Position numbers and translations under genes: made by a program. The notes below the pieces were generated by a model, which made no database searches, was not told the DNA's origin, and was given only the letters and a program-made list of their open reading frames with translations. This document shows, in pieces, positions 36,428-44,600 of a DNA stretch of 49,761 nucleotides. Location: the sequence record SRR22947725_1597, one strand, 5' to 3'. Every line of letters begins with the position of its first letter. Within the stretch, counting starts at the first letter, position 1.

Positions 36428-37906
36428 TTATGTAAGATCTTTTAAGCAATCCATGTGCCAAGTGATAAGGGCTTCTTCCCATCCCCCACAGCGGGCCTGA
36501 CGTATCAATCTGGCACTTGAATACCACCGAGTTGTCTCGCCTTCAGCGCCCCAGCGCCAATCTGGTCGAAACGCAAGCAATACAAATGTTGGCGTACCAA
36601 GAGCCGCTGACAAATGTGCAACACCTGTGTCTACACTAATTACCTGATCAAGATACTTGCATATCGCGGCTGTATCGGAAAAAGACTCAAGCTTCTTACC
36701 GGGTGCAAAAATGTTTTCAAAACTATCCACAAACACACGCTCTTCATCAGACAGGTCGTTTTGCAACACAATATAACTTGCGTTTTTAGGCAATGGAGCT
36801 AACAGCGTCTTCAAGTCAAGACTGCGATATTTATCATTTACAAAACTGTTGCTACCGCGTGCCACAATGCCAATCTTTGGCCCGGTCATTTGGCTCACAA
36901 ACGCACCCCATTTTTTGACGTGCTCATCTGAAGCATATATGTACTGGTCAAAGTGGGGCACCGTCTCAATAGTTGTGCCAAAAGCCAGTGGCAGGCTCAT
37001 TAATGGGCAATGGAAATCATGCGGCGGCGGCATGTCACCCGGCGTGATCACTTCTGCCCCAAGCCCCATGCCCTCAACAAGTCCTATCAATGGCATCTGA
37101 CATTGGATTATTAGCTTTACATCTGGCCCAAATAACTTTGCGTAGCGGATAAATTGTATCGTGTCGCCAAAACCGCCCTCAGCATATAACAATATTGTTT
37201 TGCCCGAAAGATTTTGCTGACCCAGCCATAATTGACTATCAATACGCCGCATTTTCAGCGTTATTTGTGGATGCCTCCATCTGGTTTCATAGAGGCGAAA
37301 CCCCTCTTCATACCTACCAAGGGTGAGCAAAACATGCGATTTGTTCCATTGCGCATCCAGATTGCTGGGATCAATGCAAAGTGCGGCATCAAAACAATTC
37401 AAAGCCACATTTAAATTCATTAATGAATGCTCAGCCAACCCTTTATTAACATGGGCCACCAACATTTTGGGGTCGATGGACAGTGCCTGATCAAAATATA
37501 TTTTTGCGTCGTCATAAACGGCAAGGGCGAGATAGGCAGATCCAATATTAAAATTAAGCTGCGCCGATTCATCACCAAGATGTTTTGCCTTGAAGAGCTC
37601 TGTTAAAGCATGTTCTGGCCTCTTTTGCAGGAGCAATATATCTCCCATGAGGCTATGGATAGCTGGTTGATTTGGCGCCATCACCGCCGCGCGATTGATA
37701 AAATTCAGCGCGTCATCGAGCCATCCAAGACTGCGCGATGCAAGGGCTGCAAGTGACAAGACTTGAACATGCTGTGGGTCTTCGGCCAGCAATTCATGAC
37801 AATATTGTAAAGCTAATTTGGCATCACCCTTTTGGAGGCAATCTTTTACCAATGAAACGTTAATATGCCCTGCAGCGTCGGTATGTACCTGTTTCATTTT
37901 ATCCAT
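36428..37906 (-). CDS. TPR-repeat glycosyltransferase (GT9-like C-terminus)
   Basis: TPRs, YETRW, EGGFGD, PLMSLP, VDTGVAHLSAALG, DWRW; paralogue of 21870..23525. Confidence 0.88.
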   Translation of the reverse strand: MDKMKQVHTDAAGHINVSLVKDCLQKGDAKLALQYCHELLAEDPQHVQVLSLAALASRSLGWLDDALNFINRAAVMAPNQPAIHSLMGDILLLQKRPEHALTELFKAKHLGDESAQLNFNIGSAYLALAVYDDAKIYFDQALSIDPKMLVAHVNKGLAEHSLMNLNVALNCFDAALCIDPSNLDAQWNKSHVLLTLGRYEEGFRLYETRWRHPQITLKMRRIDSQLWLGQQNLSGKTILLYAEGGFGDTIQFIRYAKLFGPDVKLIIQCQMPLIGLVEGMGLGAEVITPGDMPPPHDFHCPLMSLPLAFGTTIETVPHFDQYIYASDEHVKKWGAFVSQMTGPKIGIVARGSNSFVNDKYRSLDLKTLLAPLPKNASYIVLQNDLSDEERVFVDSFENIFAPGKKLESFSDTAAICKYLDQVISVDTGVAHLSAALGTPTFVLLAFRPDWRWGAEGETTRWYSSARLIRQARCGGWEEALITWHMDCLKDLT

Positions 37907-37969
37907 CAGAATAAACGATCCTTGTAGCGATACGCGTGATATCTAGGCAGTGGCGCCAAGGATTAATGC

Positions 37970-37985
37970 TGCAAACCACATGCCA
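37970..37985 (-). promoter_or_regulatory. Sigma54 promoter of TPR-GT gene
   Basis: Minus strand TGGCAT-GTGGT-TTGCA. Confidence 0.7.
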
Positions 37986-38008
37986 ACAAATCCGCATAAA
38001 ATAATTGT

Positions 38009-38033
38009 AAAAAAAGCGGCCCCAAAGGGCCGC
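38009..38033 (-). terminator. Rho-independent terminator of 663-aa flagellin
   Basis: GCGGCCC-4nt-GGGCCGC with A7 on + (U-tract on -). Confidence 0.8.
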
Positions 38034-38089
38034 ATTTAAAGTGAGTGGATAGCCGTACACTCTCTAAGGGAAAGTGCTTTTTTATTATT

Positions 38090-40081
38090 TTAATTCAGCA
38101 GCTGTAGAATTGATTGCTGCGCCTTGTTGGCTTGCGCTAACATCGCCTGTGCCGCCTGATTGAGAACTTGTGCTTTACTCAGCTCTGTTGACTCGAGGGC
38201 AATGTCAGCATCCGCAATCCGCGAACGAGCTGCCTTTGTGTTCATAACAATATTCGACAAGTTACTAATTGTGTGCTCCATTCGCGACATCGTTGCGCCA
38301 AGATCAGAACGCTCAAGATCAATCCTTACCAATGCACCATCGACCGCAGTTAGCATTTTTAGCGAATTTGACACATTCAAAACATCAAGTTCAGAAACAG
38401 AACTCAACGAGGCACCTGATGGGTTGCCGGAAAACAATCCGCCAGGAGCGGTGATTGCCGTTGTGATGGTACTATCAGTGGGGTGCGTCAAAGTTATGTC
38501 AACATACGCAGCAACATAGCTACCATCAGTTGGGTCAATTGTGCTGTCTATCAGGTAGTCCTGAACTGATATTACATCCCCATAATTAAACCCAGAGCCC
38601 ATATTAAGGATACGGACAGGTGTTGTTATCCCGCCATTTCCATCGGTACGAAACTCGATGGTCATACCAGTTGCACTGCCGTTGGCTCCACCCCCAGCAG
38701 CGGCCACGGTTGCTCCGACGGCATCCGGAACCACAACCAGACTTGTGGTTTCATCTGTAGTAACTGCAAGTGCCCCTGCGCCATTACCAGTCAATTGGTT
38801 AACGGTCGCAAGTGGGGCACTATCTGACCCCTGAGAGTCTGTTGAGACTGAGAAAACAAACGGTGAGTGGAACTTTAGTGTACCTGACACTCCCACAGTG
38901 TCTGGATCTGTGCCCGCAGTTATTTCAACAGGCGCATATTGGCTTGTAGTTGTTGCGGTACCACTACTGTCAGTAAACACAGAAGTGCCATCCGTAAGAT
39001 CATCATAATTTTCGTCAGAACCAGAAATATTCATGGTTGGCCCAGTGACGCCGACAAGAGCGTAATTTTCAACAACAATATCATAGCCATCGTCTGAAAT
39101 CAGGGTCATGGTTGATTTATCGATACTCAAAGATGCAGTTATCCCAGTTTTGCCTGAAGTGCCGTTAACCGCAGCTGCAAGTTCTGAGAGGTTGGCGCTA
39201 GCGCCATTCGTAATGCCAAAGTCAACGTTAGCCGCAATCAGCACTGCGTCCCCGTTCTTGCCATAGAGGTTAAATGAGACCGTGTCTGGAGACGCAGAGG
39301 TCAATTCAGAAAAGGTAACATTCATGCGGGTCTGAGCGTCAGCATAGACGCCTGTCTCACCCTTGCGTGCGGTAATTGCGGCGGCAATATCTTTTGCAGT
39401 TGCGCCGCCGTTAATATCAATGGTCGCATTGCCAACATTACCAAAAATCGTGAGGTCTTCACCCTCAACTATCTTTGACGAAAGCCCTGCTTTATTATTG
39501 GCGATGGACGGAAAGGCAGCAGGGAAAAATGTCGAGCTTGAATTTTTTAATTGGTCAGTGTCAACAAGATACTCACCCAACCCTGTTGGGTCCACATTCT
39601 CGATAGACAATATGGCAGAGTCACCGGGTTGGAATCCAATCTGGAAGGCCGTATTTGTAAAATCACCGTTTAACATTTTCACAGCATTGAAGGTACTGTT
39701 CTCGGCAATCCGCGAAAGTTCAAGCTGCAGTTGTCCGACTTCGTTTTGGATTGCCTGTCGATCCTGGCCGGTATAAACGCCGTTAGCAGCCTGAACAGCA
39801 AGCTCGCGCATCCTGTGAAGAATTGACGAAACCTCGTCGAGAGCACCTTCTGCAGTTTGCGTCAAGGACACCGCGTCAGCAGCATTCCTTATGGCCGCTT
39901 CAAGACCTTTAACTTGCGAAGTCATTCGATTAACAAGAGACGCGCCGGCAGCATCATCAACAGCATTGTTGATGCGCAGCCCTGATGAAATGCGCTCAAG
40001 CGCCTGGTTCATCGCCTCTTCTTTATTACGAAGATGATAGAGGGTTGTTACCCCCGCCATATTTGTATTGATCTTACTCAT
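38090..40081 (-). CDS. fliC: Flagellin, 663 aa, with outer domains
   Basis: Start at MSKINTN (40081) because the longer ORF start lies in a sigma54 box; RISSGLRINNAVDDAAG, RMRELAVQAANG, SRIADAD. Confidence 0.93.
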   Translation of the reverse strand: MSKINTNMAGVTTLYHLRNKEEAMNQALERISSGLRINNAVDDAAGASLVNRMTSQVKGLEAAIRNAADAVSLTQTAEGALDEVSSILHRMRELAVQAANGVYTGQDRQAIQNEVGQLQLELSRIAENSTFNAVKMLNGDFTNTAFQIGFQPGDSAILSIENVDPTGLGEYLVDTDQLKNSSSTFFPAAFPSIANNKAGLSSKIVEGEDLTIFGNVGNATIDINGGATAKDIAAAITARKGETGVYADAQTRMNVTFSELTSASPDTVSFNLYGKNGDAVLIAANVDFGITNGASANLSELAAAVNGTSGKTGITASLSIDKSTMTLISDDGYDIVVENYALVGVTGPTMNISGSDENYDDLTDGTSVFTDSSGTATTTSQYAPVEITAGTDPDTVGVSGTLKFHSPFVFSVSTDSQGSDSAPLATVNQLTGNGAGALAVTTDETTSLVVVPDAVGATVAAAGGGANGSATGMTIEFRTDGNGGITTPVRILNMGSGFNYGDVISVQDYLIDSTIDPTDGSYVAAYVDITLTHPTDSTITTAITAPGGLFSGNPSGASLSSVSELDVLNVSNSLKMLTAVDGALVRIDLERSDLGATMSRMEHTISNLSNIVMNTKAARSRIADADIALESTELSKAQVLNQAAQAMLAQANKAQQSILQLLN

Positions 40082-40266
40082 TTCACTAGCCAATCCAAAA
40101 TTTTTGACACATGGGGTTTCCTGCAAATTGCATGCCAAGTTTTGTTAATGATGATGCTTAACCTTAAATTAAACATCGGGGGTGTACTTGAAGGTGACAA
40201 AAACATTACGACAGCCATACCAGCAGCATAGTCACCGCTCATCCCATGTGTTCGCGTTTCAGTCAT
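40078..40266 (-). CDS. Putative 62-aa leader ORF overlapping the flagellin start (ATGA)
   Basis: GAGG RBS 8 nt before ATG 40266, upstream sigma54 box, TGA overlaps flagellin ATG. Confidence 0.35.
   Translation of the reverse strand: MTETRTHGMSGDYAAGMAVVMFLSPSSTPPMFNLRLSIIINKTWHAICRKPHVSKILDWLVK
40122..40137 (-). promoter_or_regulatory. Sigma54 promoter (proximal) of 663-aa flagellin
   Basis: Minus strand TGGCAT-GCAAT-TTGCA. Confidence 0.75.
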
Positions 40267-40303
40267 TTCAGTTTCCTCAAAAAATTGACATTCCCTGTGT
40301 TTA

Positions 40304-40319
40304 AGCAATTCATGTGCCA
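40304..40319 (-). promoter_or_regulatory. Sigma54 promoter (distal)
   Basis: Minus strand TGGCAC-ATGAA-TTGCT, perfect consensus. Confidence 0.75.
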
Positions 40320-40343
40320 ATTCTGATCGCTTCTGCAAAAGTC

Positions 40344-40368
40344 AAAAAAACGGGGCTATAAAGCCCCG
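40344..40368 (-). terminator. Rho-independent terminator of flgG-L operon
   Basis: CGGGGCT-4nt-AGCCCCG with A7 on + strand. Confidence 0.8.
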
Positions 40369-40395
40369 CTTGATTTCTCGATATTCTGTTGTTGT

Positions 40396-41682
40396 CTATC
40401 TGATGTAGTCAAATAGGCTTTGCTGGCCAATTTTTGCAAATGCCGCTTGAGACGCGTTTAAATTTGTAAGCTGCGCTTGGAGACTCGTGACAAGCTCGGC
40501 CAAATCTGCATCGCCAAGCCTTGAGACATCTTTATCCACTGCCAGCTTTCGCGATGATATCACATCAAATTGAGTGGCGCTCATGCTCAATTGTCCCCCA
40601 ACGTATGCACGCTGCAATGAAAAATTGTCAATCGCACTTTGCAAATTTCCGACACTTGCAGAAACCAACTGATCGGAGTCTGTCAATTTCAAAGTTTTGG
40701 TTGTAGCTTTGCCATCGCCATCACGGCCAGTAAACTCCACGTAGGATCCAATTTCGTCAACGGCAGAATTCACACCCTCAATTTCTACATTTTTGACTGT
40801 AATACGGCCATTCATATCATCAAGTAATGTTATGGTTTTCCCGTCAGCATTAAGCGTCGCTTCAATACCCGTTTGAGCGGATGCAAGATTGACCTCATCA
40901 ACTAAGTTTTGCAACCCGCCCTCATTAATTGACGCAGTGATATCAACAGCGCCCTTACTGCCAGATAACTCGAAGGACCATTTTTCCATACGGCTCGGCA
41001 ATTCAAACGCCATATCGGCGCTCCAGCTTGCGTCGGCCTGAGGGACAAAGGCTGAAGCAGACTCAACTGCATTAATTGTGCTATTCACAATATCAAATAG
41101 GCTGCGGCGTCCGCCATCAGTATCCACTCGCATGAAAGCTGAGCCACCATCAATATTGGTGGCAACTGTCATATTTTCAGAAATTTGCAAATGATTCTGG
41201 CCGCGATTGCCAAGATATTCAACACTGCCATCAACCGCCACTTCAAATGGCCGCTTCATGCCATTAAAGCCACTAAAAATACCAACACCGTTGGCGTCAG
41301 TTGTATTGGCAAGACCTATCAATACTTCCTTCAGCTGCTTCATCTCGATTGAAATCGCCATATGGCCCTCGGCATTCAACGCACCATTGCGCGCCATAGT
41401 CGTTAGCTCAGCAAATCGCACCAATACATTCACTGATTCCTGCAACGTCTGATCAGTCATGTTTAAGTTGGTCTCAGCAGCGTCAACATTGCGTTGGAAT
41501 TGAGAGAGCAGCAGGCTTTGCTCTTTTGAAACAGAGAGATTTACTGCGGCAACAGGGTCATCCGACGCGCGCAAAATCTTCTTTCCAGTTGAAATGCGCT
41601 CTTGGACATCCGCTATGTTCGCGTTTAATTTACCAAATTGGGCGACCTGCTGCTGGTTCATTAGCTTCGTACTTACTTGCAT
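40396..41682 (-). CDS. flgL: Hook-associated protein 3
   Basis: ISTGKKILRASDDPVAA, LANTTDANGVGIFSG, QSLFDYIR. Confidence 0.95.
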   Translation of the reverse strand: MQVSTKLMNQQQVAQFGKLNANIADVQERISTGKKILRASDDPVAAVNLSVSKEQSLLLSQFQRNVDAAETNLNMTDQTLQESVNVLVRFAELTTMARNGALNAEGHMAISIEMKQLKEVLIGLANTTDANGVGIFSGFNGMKRPFEVAVDGSVEYLGNRGQNHLQISENMTVATNIDGGSAFMRVDTDGGRRSLFDIVNSTINAVESASAFVPQADASWSADMAFELPSRMEKWSFELSGSKGAVDITASINEGGLQNLVDEVNLASAQTGIEATLNADGKTITLLDDMNGRITVKNVEIEGVNSAVDEIGSYVEFTGRDGDGKATTKTLKLTDSDQLVSASVGNLQSAIDNFSLQRAYVGGQLSMSATQFDVISSRKLAVDKDVSRLGDADLAELVTSLQAQLTNLNASQAAFAKIGQQSLFDYIR

Positions 41683-41692
41683 AATCTATCCT

Positions 41693-44600
41693 CTAAACCA
41701 CATCCATAAGGGATTGAAACAACTCACGCGCTGTTGACAAGATACGGGCAGATGCCTGGTACGCCTGTTGGTATTCTATGAGTGCGGCCGCTTCAGTATC
41801 CAAATTGACACCAGCGAACTCAGACTCAGCCTCTTTGGCCGCCATCAAATTTTCTTCGTGCACCTCAACTGCAATCTTGCCAGAACGCAGAGATGACCCG
41901 ACACCTGCAATCATTGCGCCAAACATATCCTGAAACCCAATTTTTCCAGCAACATTGTCATCTCCTGCCTGCATGGCGATCATGCGGTCAAGGTTACGGC
42001 TATCACCAGTTCCTACCGCATCTTGTTGAAGAGTAAATTTATCACCATTTCCAGCGCGGCCACGCAAAGTGAATAAAAATTCACCATAAGTTGTCTGACG
42101 ATCACCGCTCACTACACGGGTCGCAATGGAGTGACCAGTATCAGCATCCAGAACCTCAAGCATATTACCAGTGTCGCCGATGCTGCGTATTTCATAGGTC
42201 GTGATGTCTTGCACCTCGACTGGCTGGGCATATTCGGCGGCAATCTCACGCGCACCACCACCGGTTGTGAATACCAGTAAATCCTCATAAGGGAGGTCGT
42301 CCAGAGCAACCCTAGTGCCTGCGATGCTCGTTGCGGTGGCAGTAATCGAAAATGGCGTATTGTCTGTTGACTGCACCTTTATGGCATCAGCCTGTAGGCT
42401 AATTTCGCGATCAGCTGTTTTATAACCAAGCGCATTTATTGGCCCATTTACGCTGAGAGTATCTTGTGAGCTGTCATACTCAGTGATGAGGCGGCCAGTT
42501 GTTGCAGTGGCGGCCTCCCAGCGCAGTGTCAAGCCGGACACACTAGACGGGATGGTTGTAATAACCCCCGCCGAATCTAAGGAGACTGCAATATCAACGT
42601 CGTTGAACTTGAGACTTAAATCATTCATGCCCGACGCAAGCGTGATCTGCTGCCCCGCAAGCCTTGTTGTTGCGCTCGAGAGGCCAAAGCTAGCCGCACC
42701 GGTGCTGTTAGCAGAAATTTGAGTATCGCTCACCAATGTCAGTGACTCACCGACAAGTGAGCCCCCACCATAAATCTGCAATCTGCTATCACTATCGAAG
42801 TAAGCCGTAACTCGCCCACCCTCTGGTCCAGAAACAACAACTTCGCCATCTTGCATCTTTAATTGATAGACCTGGCTACCAAAATTTATCGAAACACTGG
42901 TGCCGTCCAGCGGCAAACTGCGCGCCGCAGTCTCACTTTGAAGGCTGAATTGTGTCTGGGCAACAGTCTCATTCAAGTCGTCAAATTGAAACGTTTCTAC
43001 CGTAAAAACTTCCCCAGCATGACTTGCAGTCAACTCAACACCATAGTCTGGCGCAGATGCCGTACTTGCGGCGGTTACACCGATATTCGAATTATTTACT
43101 GCCGTCACAATCGCAGTTGTCACATGTGCCGCCGTGGTGGCAGGCGTACCCAAACCGTCGACATCACTGAGATCTACGGCGATCACCGTACCATTAATCG
43201 TTACATTCACACTATCGTCAGCAGCGACAACAGCTTCGCTTCGCTGGAAACTGTAACTGACAACCTGTTTGGCTGACGCAGTCATTCCAGCCGACATTGA
43301 TACCAATGGCGCCTGATCGCGCAGCTCTTTTACGAGAGCCTGGCTAACCGATTCATTTGAAATTACAGATAATTCATTAGCGTTTACATTCGCCGAAAAT
43401 GTAACATTGCTGCTGCCCGTTGGAACAGTAATTCCGTAGGCAGCATTTGGCGCGATGGCCCGAAGTCCGTCTAGTGCCGAGCCACCAGCCTCTAGGGATG
43501 GGTTAGCATCAAATGTAATCAGTTTGGTGTCACCGGTTGTGTTTGATTTCACATTAACAAAGCCACCAAGCGCTGCGTCCTGAACTGCGTTTGTTGTGCC
43601 AGACGATGTGGTGATGCTAAAGTCCTCTGACGACAACATTGCGATGCCTCCAGAAAACCGCGCCGTATCGATAGTGTTTCCACTAACGGTACTGCCAAAG
43701 CTCGCCATGCTACCTGACGAGAGCGTCGCCACGGTCAAAGTTAAATCATTGACACCATCAGTGCCGCCAAGAGCTGAACCGAGAATAGTTATAGTATCAT
43801 TAACATCATAACCATCACCAACAGCATTGACTGCCACAGTCGCAACGCCGTCCGCCATTGTGACATCAAAAGATGCCCCGCTGCCAAGGCCAGATGTTGT
43901 AGTAGAAGCGATAGTTGTTTGGGCTTGCGTCAGCCCGGGTGCAAAACCAGTTGCAGACGCAGCAGTGATAAGACCGCTAGCGTCAACTGATGTTACTGTG
44001 ATGATAACGTCGTGTGTTGCGCTGCTGCCACCCACAAGCGTGCCATCAACAGAGAAAGTGTCACCAACTACATAAGGATCTGAGCCACCATCTCCACCAC
44101 TAATAATTGACACGCTGTAAGTTCCCGATGCATCGCGAGATAGATTGAGGTTAGCGCCTTTGCCAGCTGCGGAACTTTCGGATACGGAGGCGCCGGCGAC
44201 GAGTGCATCAGTTACAACATTGCTTGAACTCAGAGCATTTTTAAAAGCCCCAGAGGAAGAAACGGTACCAACTGGCGTTGACAAGGCAACACCATCATCG
44301 TCAACCATCCGGCCTGAAAACAATGGGCTAGTATTTGAGAGGTTGCTAATAGAAATGTCATCTCCATCAGCACTAGTAAGAATGATGCGCTGATTATCTG
44401 GCGATGTAACAGCTGAGACGCCAGTATCGGCAGCAACTTTGTTAATAGCTAAAGCAAGGTTAGTGAGGTTCGTCGGGGTGACATCTGCTGATATCTCGAT
44501 TGGTAAACGATTTGCCGCTTCAAGATCAAACGTCACTACACCATTATTCTGAAATTCAAACAGTTCTACCCGAGTTGTTGCATCAGCTCGGATGCCAGCA

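Noticed and set aside
40082-40138. 19-aa N-terminal extension of the 682-aa flagellin ORF
   Set aside because: Its start lies in the sigma54 box; MSKINTN is the canonical flagellin start.
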